From positions 115 to 64,114 of the forward strand of contig JAZJZC010000003.1 of assembly GCA_040390045.1 (NCBI GenBank): a stretch of 64,000 nt of DNA, written 5' to 3'. A program made the position numbers and the translations under genes. The stretch is from Patescibacteria group bacterium. Lineage in GTDB: Bacteria; Patescibacteriota; Minisyncoccia; Phycocordibacterales; SIBU01. Below, in pieces: positions 1-9,014 of the stretch (within the stretch, counting starts at the first letter, position 1; each line of letters begins with the position of its first letter). The notes under the pieces are model-generated. The model ran no database searches. It had not been told where the DNA came from and saw only the letters and a program-made list of their open reading frames with translations.

Positions 1-89
1 TTTCGGGACGAAATCTAAAACCCCAGTAGTAGAATTCAATTTTTGATATTCCTCTTGATAATCGAGAGTAGTGCCAAGAGTTAAATTCT

Positions 90-125
90 AACAAGTTGGG
101 GTCCCCGTGAATTCACTACGGGGCA
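90..125 (+). promoter_or_regulatory. Hairpin (ccccgt..acgggg) in the pnp 5' leader; possible RNase III/autoregulatory leader structure or terminator of an upstream gene
   Basis: Inverted repeat ccccgt/acgggg seen directly ~25 nt upstream of the pnp start; pnp leaders classically carry such hairpins. Confidence 0.3.
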
Positions 126-147
126 AGTTTGTAGGTCTCTCAACGCA

Positions 148-2265
148 ATGAAGAAAAAAGAATACTCGATTGAAGTTGGTGGAAAAACGTTAACTGCTGA
201 ATTTAACGACCTTGCCGAACAGGCAAATGGATCGGTGATGTTGCGCTACGGCAACACAGTTATTCTTGCGACTGCCTGTATGTCGAAGAATGCAAAAGAG
301 GGAAGTGATTTTTTCCCACTGACGGTTGATTTTGAGGAACGATTTTACGCTGGAGGAAAAATTGCTGGAAGCCGATTTATGCGACGCGAAGGACGACCTT
401 CAGAAGAAGCGATTCTTTCGGGAAGAATTGTCGACCGAACTATCCGACCAATTTTTGACCAACACATTCGACATGAAGTACAAGTGGTGATTACGGTGCT
501 TTCAGTTGATCAAGATGATCCAGATGTTTTGGCGGTGCTCGGCGCGTCGCTTGCGTTAGGTGTTTCTAATATCCCTTGGAATGGACCAGTTTCGTCAATT
601 CGTATCGGTATGGAAAAAGGCAAAAATGAATTCTCAGTCAATCCTGTCTATGCAATTCGCGACGTAGAAAATTACGATGGCGATGTTGTCGCCTGTGGTA
701 AAGATGGCAACATCAACATGATTGAAGTTGGTGGCAAAGAAATCGGCGAGGAAATTTTGCTTTCCGCCCTCAAAAAAGCCTCTGATGAGATCGAAAAGCT
801 CCAGAAATTCCAAGAAAAAATAATTGCCGAAATTGGCAAACCCAAAAAAGAAATCTCCGCTCCAGAAATACCAAAAGAAATAACCGAACTCTTTGAAGCT
901 GAAATTACCAAAAAACTTCCCGAGTTTGTGATGAGTGGAAAACCCGGAAACGCCAGTATTTATGAATTGAAATCGACATGGATGACCCTGCTCAAAGAAA
1001 AATTACCTGAAGCTAAACTGAGTTTCGGTGATTTTATTTTCGAAGAAAAAGTAAATGAATTGATTCACACCGAGGCTGTTGAGAATAACCGCCGACCAGA
1101 TGCGCGAGGTATGGACGAGTTGCGACCGCTCTTTGCTCAAGCTGGGGGCGTTTCACCCATTCTTCACGGCTCAGGTATCTTTTACCGCGGAGGAACACAC
1201 ATTTTGTCAGCACTGACGCTCGGCGGCCCGGGAGATTCTTTAATAATAGAAGGTATGAATACGCAGGAAAAAAAGCGTTTCATGCACCATTACAATTTTC
1301 CACCGTTTTCTTCTGGCGAAACGGGACGCATTGGTTCCACTAATAGACGAATGATTGGTCACGGTGCTCTTGCGGAAAAAGCCCTGCTTCCAATTTTGCC
1401 TTCGAAAGAAACTTTTCCCTACACTATTCGCCTCGTGTCTGAGGCGCTAGCTTCAAACGGCTCGACTTCGATGGGTAGTGTTTGCGGTTCAACCCTGGCA
1501 CTCATGGACGGAGGCGTACCGATCACGGCAGCAGTGGCAGGAATTGCGTCGGGGTTAATGATGAAAAACGCGAAACAGTACAAAGTTCTCACTGACATCC
1601 AAGGACCAGAAGATCACCACGGCGATATGGATTTTAAAGTGGCAGGGACAAAGAAAGGTGTGACCGCGGTGCAAATGGATGTAAAAGTGGGAGGCATTCC
1701 ACTGCACATTCTTGAAGAAGCGTTTGAAAAAGCTAAACTCGCTCGATTTCAAATTCTTGAAACCATTGAAACTGAAATAAAAATTCCACGAGCGGACATT
1801 TCTCCGAATGCGCCAAAAATTTTGGTTCTCAAAATTAAACCTGACCAAATCGGTTTGGTTATTGGAACTGGAGGCAAGACGATTAACGAAATCAAGGAAA
1901 ACACGGGTGTTGATGGCATTGATATTGAAGACGATGGAACGGTCTTTATCACCGGCAAAAACGGCACGGCGGAAAATGCCAAGAAAATTATCGAGGACAT
2001 GACCCACGAGTACAAAAAAGGTGAGCGTTTCATGGGTACGGTTGTTAAAATTGCCGAATTCGGGGCCTTTGTGAAAATCGGCGGCGGAGCTGAAGGCTTG
2101 GTTCATGTTTCAGAAATCGCCACGTTCCGCATCGATCGAGTTGATTCCGTTCTCAAAGAAGGAGATGTGGTTCCGGTGGTTGTTAAAGAAATTGATGAAC
2201 GAGATCGCATTAAACTTTCGATTAAAGACGCGGATCCCAATTTCATCAAGCGCAAAGCTGCTTGA
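148..2265 (+). CDS. pnp: Polynucleotide phosphorylase (polyribonucleotide nucleotidyltransferase)
   Basis: 705 aa; two RNase PH-like domains, C-terminal KH (VIGTGGKTINEIKENTGV) and S1 (GERFMGTVVKIAEFGAFVKI) domains. Confidence 0.95.
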   Translation: MKKKEYSIEVGGKTLTAEFNDLAEQANGSVMLRYGNTVILATACMSKNAKEGSDFFPLTVDFEERFYAGGKIAGSRFMRREGRPSEEAILSGRIVDRTIRPIFDQHIRHEVQVVITVLSVDQDDPDVLAVLGASLALGVSNIPWNGPVSSIRIGMEKGKNEFSVNPVYAIRDVENYDGDVVACGKDGNINMIEVGGKEIGEEILLSALKKASDEIEKLQKFQEKIIAEIGKPKKEISAPEIPKEITELFEAEITKKLPEFVMSGKPGNASIYELKSTWMTLLKEKLPEAKLSFGDFIFEEKVNELIHTEAVENNRRPDARGMDELRPLFAQAGGVSPILHGSGIFYRGGTHILSALTLGGPGDSLIIEGMNTQEKKRFMHHYNFPPFSSGETGRIGSTNRRMIGHGALAEKALLPILPSKETFPYTIRLVSEALASNGSTSMGSVCGSTLALMDGGVPITAAVAGIASGLMMKNAKQYKVLTDIQGPEDHHGDMDFKVAGTKKGVTAVQMDVKVGGIPLHILEEAFEKAKLARFQILETIETEIKIPRADISPNAPKILVLKIKPDQIGLVIGTGGKTINEIKENTGVDGIDIEDDGTVFITGKNGTAENAKKIIEDMTHEYKKGERFMGTVVKIAEFGAFVKIGGGAEGLVHVSEIATFRIDRVDSVLKEGDVVPVVVKEIDERDRIKLSIKDADPNFIKRKAA

Positions 2266-2400
2266 TGAAATAAATTCGAAGCACTAAATTCGAAATTCGA
2301 GAAAGAAGTCAATCGGGAAAGTAAAGTTCGGGCCGTTTAGGATTTTGAATTTAGTGCTTAAATATTGTTTCGGATTTCGATATTCGAATTTCGTATTTAA
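2266..2400. repeat. Palindromic ~130-bp repeat element abutting the pnp stop codon (family TCGAAGCAC..AAATTCGAAAT); likely terminator-forming
   Basis: Arms aagcactaaattc (2281-2293) / gaatttagtgctt (2346-2358); homologous copy at 11214-11328 with shared AAATAAAYTCGAAGCACYAAATYCGAAATYCGA and ATATTGTTTCG segments. Confidence 0.6.
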
Positions 2401-2441
2401 TTTTGTTTGCCCAGACTCTCTAATTTTGCGACAATGTAGCC

Positions 2442-3341
2442 ATGCCTCCAACTAACGAATCTGAAAAAAACTCTGGACCGAAAGCTTTGAGAACATTCCA
2501 AGGTGATGTCGAGCAAATGATACAGGAAGGAAATGGTTCCTTGACGAAAATCGCCATCGCAGAAAGCAATAAAAGAAGCACGATGCCATACGTTGGCATG
2601 GAACCGGAGGCCCCGAAACATAACATTCTTCTCATAGTCGGAATTGTGGGATTGCTTCTTGTGAGCGTCGGCCTTCTCTCAAGTCTATACTTTTTCAAAT
2701 CGTCTGATAAACCGGTTACCGAAAACAACACCTATCGGCCGGTGCTTTTGGCGGATAGTCAAAAAAATCTAAATGTCACGGGTCTCTCGAGAGATCAGAT
2801 TATAAAAACCTTACTACAGGAAAGAGGCTCGGCCAGTTCAAATCTTTCAGCGATTGAATCCATCGTGATGACAGAAGATAAGACTGAAACGGCTCAACCA
2901 CTTCCTGTTGAACAATTTCTCAGTAAATTACAATCGCACGCTCCAAGCGAGCTTACGCGATCACTTGACTCAGACTACATGTTCGGGATTCACGTGTTAA
3001 ATAAAAAACAATTTTTTCTTGTATTGAAAACGAGCTACTATCAAAATGCGTACGCGGGGATGTTGTCGTGGGAAAAGAATCTCAAAGAAGATTTGGGTGC
3101 ATTTTTCATCTATCCTGACACAGCAAGTACGGCGACAACGAGTACCGCCCTGTTGCAAAAGGTTTCTGGATTCCAAGACGCAGTGGTTAAAAATCGGGAC
3201 GCGCGGGTGTTGCGAGGAGCAAACGGGGCAATCAACTTCCTGTACTCTTTTCCGGATAAAAACACCATTATTATCACCACTAATGCCGATACGCTTGAGC
3301 AGGTTACTTCAAGACTTTTGAAAAATAAGCTTGTTCAATAA
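2442..3341 (+). CDS. Hypothetical single-pass membrane protein
   Basis: 299 aa ORF, one hydrophobic helix (LLIVGIVGLLLVSVGLLSSLYFF), no recognisable motif. Confidence 0.5.
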   Translation: MPPTNESEKNSGPKALRTFQGDVEQMIQEGNGSLTKIAIAESNKRSTMPYVGMEPEAPKHNILLIVGIVGLLLVSVGLLSSLYFFKSSDKPVTENNTYRPVLLADSQKNLNVTGLSRDQIIKTLLQERGSASSNLSAIESIVMTEDKTETAQPLPVEQFLSKLQSHAPSELTRSLDSDYMFGIHVLNKKQFFLVLKTSYYQNAYAGMLSWEKNLKEDLGAFFIYPDTASTATTSTALLQKVSGFQDAVVKNRDARVLRGANGAINFLYSFPDKNTIIITTNADTLEQVTSRLLKNKLVQ

Positions 3342-3407
3342 TAGTAAGGTGAAAATTGCCGCCGCGACTCCGTCGCGGCGGCAATTTTCTTAAGTGCCTC
3401 AATAGGA

Positions 3408-4985
3408 TTGGTCGAAATATTGAAGCCGTTGAAGTGGGATTTCGTGACATTGACAGGTGATTTTGTGCTACAATTACTTTTCGGTATGAAAACACTCGGC
3501 GACAATCACAGTGTTCAGAAGAGCGACAACCCATTTCAAAAAACTCGGGTACAAACGGCTGGCGTCTTTTTTCTGATGATTCTCGTTTCTAGCATTTTTC
3601 CAATCTCCACTTTTGCAGCAAATATTTCAAGTTCGCCCTGCCCATACGTTTGGAAGGAAAATTTAAAATTGGGAAGTTCCAACACTGACGTTCTAAAACT
3701 CCAGCAATTTCTAAATCGTAATCCAGAAACAGCCGTCGCGCTCACGGGCAGTGGCTCAGTCGGCAAAGAGGGGACATATTTCGGAGCGCTGACCAAACAA
3801 GCCGTCATAAAATTTCAAGAAAAATATTCAGCGGATATTTTGACACCCAACGGTCTCTCGAAAGGTACCGGCGCAGTAGCCGCGGCGACTCGCTCTAAAC
3901 TCAATGCACTTTGCACAGGACAAGTAGCGGGAGCTTTCACTTCTGTGGATTCTTCTAAGACGGCCACAACGATAGCTGTCGAAACAAATATTTTAACCGT
4001 CACTGCACCAGCTCAACCTGCTAACACCATCGCGCCAGCAAACGCCGGCGGTGTGCCATTTACCAATTTTACTCTGACCGCAGGCAGTGAAGACGTGACA
4101 GTCAATAACGTGACAGTAGAGCGCACAGGACCTGGCGAAGACGGTGTGTTCTATTCAATTGCACTCAATGATGCAGACGGCAATCAAATTGGAATGGCAA
4201 GAAGCTTGAATTCAAATCACAAAGTTGTCTTGGGCGACCCGTTTGTTGTTCCTGCTCACACCTCACAAACCTTTACCATAACGGGAAACATGGAAAGTGA
4301 CCTTACCAATTACGAAGGTCAGGCACCGATATTGCAAATTGATGCCATCAACACCTCGGTAAAAGTCGTAGGCTCTCTTCCAGTCAGGGGCACTAGTCAA
4401 AACGTAAACACTACGCTGGTCATTGGCACAGCCTACACCTCGCTATCTTCTTTTGATCCTACAGTGGCGACTACCCGCTACATCAATGATACCAATGTCC
4501 GCTTTTCTGGAATTCGGATCACGGCAGATTCACAAGAAGATCTCAGTCTCTCATCGATCGGTTGGGAAAATTCAGGTACCTCTGGAAGCAACGATGTCGA
4601 TCATGTCGTGACAGTCGTACATGAAACTTCGTACCCAACGGAAATAGATGGTAGGATGTTCACATCGGTTTTTGATCCGCCAATCGTTATTCCAAAAGGT
4701 CAGTCGCTCGAGCTCTACGTGCAAGGAAATATCAAACCAAGCGCGGTCAATCGGACTATTAAATTTGATATTCACACGACAGATGATATCGCTCTTTTGG
4801 GAAATAGTTTCGGTTTTTATGTTTCAATTCTTCCTGAAGGCAATACGGGTGCTTCAGGTAATTCTGTCTTTATCACTTCCGACGGCTCACCAGATGGAGA
4901 TAGCGGCTCGCCGTTTTTCAGCGCCTCTCCGGTGAGTGTAAGCGGGGGTACGTTTACGGGTGTAGGGAAGGCAACGTCAAATTAA
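3408..4985 (+). CDS. Secreted protein with putative peptidoglycan-binding (PG_binding_1-like) domain; true start probably at the internal Met near 3486
   Basis: Signal-peptide-like segment AGVFFLMILVSSIFPISTFAAN; motif LKLGSSNTDVLKLQQFLN...GTYFGALTKQAVIKFQEKY resembles PG-binding domain 1. Confidence 0.55.
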   Translation: MVEILKPLKWDFVTLTGDFVLQLLFGMKTLGDNHSVQKSDNPFQKTRVQTAGVFFLMILVSSIFPISTFAANISSSPCPYVWKENLKLGSSNTDVLKLQQFLNRNPETAVALTGSGSVGKEGTYFGALTKQAVIKFQEKYSADILTPNGLSKGTGAVAAATRSKLNALCTGQVAGAFTSVDSSKTATTIAVETNILTVTAPAQPANTIAPANAGGVPFTNFTLTAGSEDVTVNNVTVERTGPGEDGVFYSIALNDADGNQIGMARSLNSNHKVVLGDPFVVPAHTSQTFTITGNMESDLTNYEGQAPILQIDAINTSVKVVGSLPVRGTSQNVNTTLVIGTAYTSLSSFDPTVATTRYINDTNVRFSGIRITADSQEDLSLSSIGWENSGTSGSNDVDHVVTVVHETSYPTEIDGRMFTSVFDPPIVIPKGQSLELYVQGNIKPSAVNRTIKFDIHTTDDIALLGNSFGFYVSILPEGNTGASGNSVFITSDGSPDGDSGSPFFSASPVSVSGGTFTGVGKATSN

Positions 4986-4991
4986 TTTTTT

Positions 4992-5342
4992 ATGGAAAAA
5001 CTCCAACTTTGGATTTATATTATTGGTGCGGTCATTGTTGCACTTTTTGCAAATTCAGCCAGTGCGATTTGGGCGAGCAAGGAAAATAAATTTTCACTAT
5101 GGCTTCTTCTTCTGATACTTATTTCTCCTTTTGTTTTTATAACTTTTGGTTTGGTTGTGTCAAAGGTAGGAGTAGCAATAAGCTCAGCTACAATTGACTC
5201 TCTTCTCACCGTGACAACAATTACAGTCGGACTCATTTTTTTTAATGAGTGGAGCAAAATTTCACCATATCAATACCTTGGAATAGGGCTCGTTCTTGTA
5301 GGCATCTTCCTGATGCAATTTCCTTTTAAAACCGGAGTCTGA
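4992..5342 (+). CDS. Small 4-TM membrane protein (SMR/EamA-like small DMT-type)
   Basis: 116 aa, four hydrophobic helices; topology typical of SMR/ArnE-like small transporters. Confidence 0.5.
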   Translation: MEKLQLWIYIIGAVIVALFANSASAIWASKENKFSLWLLLLILISPFVFITFGLVVSKVGVAISSATIDSLLTVTTITVGLIFFNEWSKISPYQYLGIGLVLVGIFLMQFPFKTGV

Positions 5343-5356
5343 AAACTAAAAAGTTT

Positions 5357-7213
5357 ATGACAGAGCAGTTACACGAGGTTTTAAAAAATAAAAAAACTCC
5401 CCCCTCTTTATCCAGAAAGTTTGTAAAATACGAGCCTCTTAATTTTGCAAGAATTGAACGCCAGTCTAAACGTTTGGCAGATTACATCGAGGATCATTTT
5501 GAGGATCTAGCTCAAATATTATTGGAGTATGAAAGTTATGAGGTCGTTGAGGATGAAACTTCGCGTGTACTAGATTTATTACGAAATCTGAAAGAGAATA
5601 AAAAATATTTTGTTTTGCGTGTTGGTGAAGTTGCCGCGTTTTTACCCAGAAATCAACCTTTATATGCTCTTATGTGCTTTGTTGTTGTACCCTCATTTAT
5701 GGCAAGTGCGGTACATTTTCGAATCCCTCACAGCATGCGGCATTTTTTCCCTAAACTGCTTAGGTTCCTTAATCTACAGGGATTATTTCCGAACATAATT
5801 GTTTCCGACAAACAGCGTTCAGACTTTTTACGTGAACGATCTGCTTTACGTGTAAATCCAAACACCAAAGAAAACATACCGGTTACTGATGTTGTAATTT
5901 TTACTGGCACACCTTCCCACGCAGATCAGTTACGATCAATTTTCGACAAGCGAACCTTGTTTATTTCAAATGGTGCAGGCCATAACCCCTTAATAGTTAC
6001 CGAAAGTGCTAATCTTTCGAAGGCGGTTGAGGCGGTTCTTGTCCTTCAACTTTACAATCAAGGACAAGACTGTGCTGCCCCCAACTCTATCCTTGTACAT
6101 AAAGATGTATTGGCTGCTTTTCTCAACATACTTCGAAACAGACTCCAGTCAGTAAAAGTTGGTAGATACAGTGATAGATCCTGTAGAATTGGACCGATAA
6201 GTGACCCGCAAGATTTAGTTAGAATAGAAAATTTTCTTATTGAGCAACGGGCGTGGATTGATAAGTCAACACCTGGAACCATTCGCTCCCGTGAAGCTAT
6301 TTTAGAACCTACCATTATTTGCAAGCCACTCAGAGAAGGGGGAAACTTCAATGAAATTTTTGCACCCGTAATTTTTGTACAAGAGTATGAGAGTGACCCT
6401 GAGCTGGCTTGTTATTTTGAAGATTCACAGTATGCGCAAAACGCAATGTATATTTCCGTGTATGGAAAAAGCGAGTATATAGAAAATTTAATTGGCCGTT
6501 CCATTGAAGGGAAAGTTCTTCATGATAAAAAGTCTGTTCTTCATAACACTCACTTACATGCACATGGACAAGAGCGGGGAACAAAACCGTACGGAGGATA
6601 TGGATCAGGTGCTTCAAGTCTTAGCATAAACGAACGAACTTTTTCCAAACCAACACTTCCACAAAGAGATATCTATGAATGGATTGTTAAACCATTTTTT
6701 AATGACAAGTCCTTTAAAGACAACAAATCTAGTTTGGGTCACTTTACTGAAGTGCATCAAAAAAATGTCGACAAATTACTAAGATTGAAAGTCTCAACAC
6801 CGACGCAAACTCAAAAAGCCACAACAGGTATAACGTACATAGATCTGGAGGCGTATAAGGTGAATACTAAAGATTTAAGATATGTTGAAGCTGATCCTGA
6901 AAAAATGTATTACTTGCTCGAAAAACCAAACTTAGAGTATATTGCGAAGCTAAACCTAAAGGATATTGACATGATACGAGCCTTGCGAACAAAACTTCTT
7001 AATAAATCCCTAACAACTTTCGAAAAATTCCACAACGAACTTTATGGACTATCGGTAGAACTAACCACTTCAACCACCAGTAATCGAATTTACCAACGCG
7101 TTTTTTTTCAACATGTTTACGAGCTTTTATTGGGTAAAAAATTTGGACCTCGACTCTCTCTGTTTCTCTGGCAGACAAACTCGAAAAAAATACTCGAGCT
7201 ACTTGATATTTAA
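5357..7213 (+). CDS. Aldehyde dehydrogenase-superfamily (LuxC/acyl-CoA reductase-like) domain fused to a ~250-aa C-terminal domain of unknown function
   Basis: ALDH catalytic-Cys motif YNQGQDCAAPNSILVHKD; the position of the ELGGKSP general base is FISNGAGHNPLIV (Glu absent); AT-rich gene. Confidence 0.5.
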   Translation: MTEQLHEVLKNKKTPPSLSRKFVKYEPLNFARIERQSKRLADYIEDHFEDLAQILLEYESYEVVEDETSRVLDLLRNLKENKKYFVLRVGEVAAFLPRNQPLYALMCFVVVPSFMASAVHFRIPHSMRHFFPKLLRFLNLQGLFPNIIVSDKQRSDFLRERSALRVNPNTKENIPVTDVVIFTGTPSHADQLRSIFDKRTLFISNGAGHNPLIVTESANLSKAVEAVLVLQLYNQGQDCAAPNSILVHKDVLAAFLNILRNRLQSVKVGRYSDRSCRIGPISDPQDLVRIENFLIEQRAWIDKSTPGTIRSREAILEPTIICKPLREGGNFNEIFAPVIFVQEYESDPELACYFEDSQYAQNAMYISVYGKSEYIENLIGRSIEGKVLHDKKSVLHNTHLHAHGQERGTKPYGGYGSGASSLSINERTFSKPTLPQRDIYEWIVKPFFNDKSFKDNKSSLGHFTEVHQKNVDKLLRLKVSTPTQTQKATTGITYIDLEAYKVNTKDLRYVEADPEKMYYLLEKPNLEYIAKLNLKDIDMIRALRTKLLNKSLTTFEKFHNELYGLSVELTTSTTSNRIYQRVFFQHVYELLLGKKFGPRLSLFLWQTNSKKILELLDI

Positions 7214-7258
7214 CAAGATAACAATTTAGTGTAATAATCTGTAGGAGTATATAACCGC

Positions 7259-8767
7259 ATGTCTTTCAAGAAAACCAATATGCCGACTAAAAATAAAAAA
7301 CCAAGGAGATTGATCTGGATCACAAGCTTCCTCGCCCTTGCGACTGTGATGATTGCGATTTCAGCATCGTGGCTTCTATATCAGCATACAGTAACTCTTA
7401 TTACAGAAAATCTACGGGAACGTCTCTTAACGATATCTATTACAGAAGCTGCCAATATCGACGCAAAAGATATTGAAGCTCTTCGGGTAGAAGACGATTG
7501 GCAAAAACCAGAGTGGGCGCGTGTCGTTAGTAAAATGCAGAAGGCAAAATACAGCAACGAAAGTATTGTCTTCATGTACATATTTCGAAAAACAAAGGAC
7601 GACCCAAACAAGATGGAGTTCGTTGCAGATGCTGATTCTCTCAATCCTTTTGCAAATATGAGTGGTGACCCCTCAATATATGTTGATGTAAATAGAGACG
7701 GAAAGATTGAACCAGATGGTCCAGATAAACTTCAGTGGCCAGGACAGCCCTATCCTGAAGCCGCGGACATTCCAGAAACTGAGCAAGCCTATGGTGGGCC
7801 AATTACGGTAAAAGATTTGTATACTGACGAATATGGAACTGTCCTCACTGGTTATGCTCCGATTAAGGATGATAACGGAAATACTGTTGCGATTCTCGGC
7901 ACAGACATCAAGGCGGACGATTTTTTTGCTGTAACTGGGCAAACACTATATCCATTTTTGGCCTTTATTGCTTTTCTAGTTTCTATTATTCTAACTTTGG
8001 CAGTCGTCTTAATTTACATTTGGAGAAAGCAGGAGTTGGCATTGGAAATAGTAAACGACCGACTGAAAGAGTTGGATCAATTAAAATCAGAGTTTGTGTC
8101 TCTAGCAACACATCAAATAAGAGGTCCACTGGCTTCGATCAAGGGCTACGCCTCACTTATGATAGAGGGTGATTATGGTGAAGTTCCAGCGCAGCTCAAT
8201 GAACCAATCGATGTTATTTTTCGCTCGAGTCAATCCTTGGCTATTGTTGTTGATGACTTTTTGAATGTATCGAGAATTGAACAAGGAAAAATGAAATATG
8301 ATTTTACAACTTTTGACCTATGCGCCTTAGTCCAGGAGGTTTACACAGAAGCTAAACCCAATATTGAGAAAAAGGGCCTTTCAATTTCCAGCAAATGTTC
8401 ACCAGATACAGTCAATATTAATGGTGACCGCGGTAAACTTAAACAAGTTGTTGGAAATATTTTAGATAACTCAATCAAGTACACCCCGAAAGGCAGTATA
8501 AATTTATCTCTCACAGCCGATAAAGCTTCTGGGAAGGCAATCCTCACAATTAAAGATACTGGTGTTGGTATTCGCGCTACGACTATTCCTCATTTGTTCC
8601 AAAAATTTAGCAGAGCGGAGGATGCTTCGAAGGTAAATATTCTTGGAACTGGACTCGGGCTTTATGTGGCACGCGAGATGATAGAAGCGCATGGTGGGCG
8701 GATCTGGGTAGAATCTCCAGGCCTTGGGCAAGGTTCGACGTTTTTTGTGGAGTTTAGAATGGTTTGA
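7259..8767 (+). CDS. Sensor histidine kinase with ~190-aa extracytoplasmic sensor domain between two TM helices
   Basis: H-box HQIRGPLASIKGYASLM, C-terminal HATPase_c (GTGLGLYVAREMIEAHGGRIWVES). Confidence 0.85.
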   Translation: MSFKKTNMPTKNKKPRRLIWITSFLALATVMIAISASWLLYQHTVTLITENLRERLLTISITEAANIDAKDIEALRVEDDWQKPEWARVVSKMQKAKYSNESIVFMYIFRKTKDDPNKMEFVADADSLNPFANMSGDPSIYVDVNRDGKIEPDGPDKLQWPGQPYPEAADIPETEQAYGGPITVKDLYTDEYGTVLTGYAPIKDDNGNTVAILGTDIKADDFFAVTGQTLYPFLAFIAFLVSIILTLAVVLIYIWRKQELALEIVNDRLKELDQLKSEFVSLATHQIRGPLASIKGYASLMIEGDYGEVPAQLNEPIDVIFRSSQSLAIVVDDFLNVSRIEQGKMKYDFTTFDLCALVQEVYTEAKPNIEKKGLSISSKCSPDTVNINGDRGKLKQVVGNILDNSIKYTPKGSINLSLTADKASGKAILTIKDTGVGIRATTIPHLFQKFSRAEDASKVNILGTGLGLYVAREMIEAHGGRIWVESPGLGQGSTFFVEFRMV

Positions 8768-8844
8768 TATAACCTTGCTGAATTTTACCTAGGGTAAATA
8801 TCAGAACTGTTACTACAATATAATCTGGATCAGACGGGATCGAT

Positions 8845-8876
8845 ATGTTACAATTGTTGTAGGTTAACAACAAAAA
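8845..8876. promoter_or_regulatory. Operator-like palindrome ATGTTACAAT-TTGTTG..GTTAAC..CAACAA upstream of the second histidine kinase
   Basis: Inverted arms TTGTTG/CAACAA around GTTAAC; shares ATGTTACAAT with the site at 10795-10804. Confidence 0.3.
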
Positions 8877-9014
8877 CGATGGGTCAAAAAAATCAGATGC
8901 TTCTTTTGATACTGGTAATTAGCCTTATTATTTCTGTATCAATCACTTTTTATCAAACTGTGGAACAGAGAAACTTTGAAGTTACTAATTTTGTGAAGTA
9001 ATTAAAATTCAGCG

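Noticed and set aside
1-147. 3' end of rpsO (S15) expected upstream of pnp
   Set aside because: None of the three forward frames at the window start ends in an S15-like C-terminus; nothing can be supported from 147 nt.
672-2312. Minus-strand and alternative-frame ORFs inside pnp (672-911, 1555-2106, 1749-2033, 1808-2002, 2103-2312)
   Set aside because: Fully embedded in a well-supported conserved gene on the other strand or frame; no motifs; typical spurious ORFs. The same reasoning was applied to 31030-31626(-), 62116-62742(-), 57861-58220(+), 43800-44234(-), 60414-60893(-) and similar overlapping ORFs.
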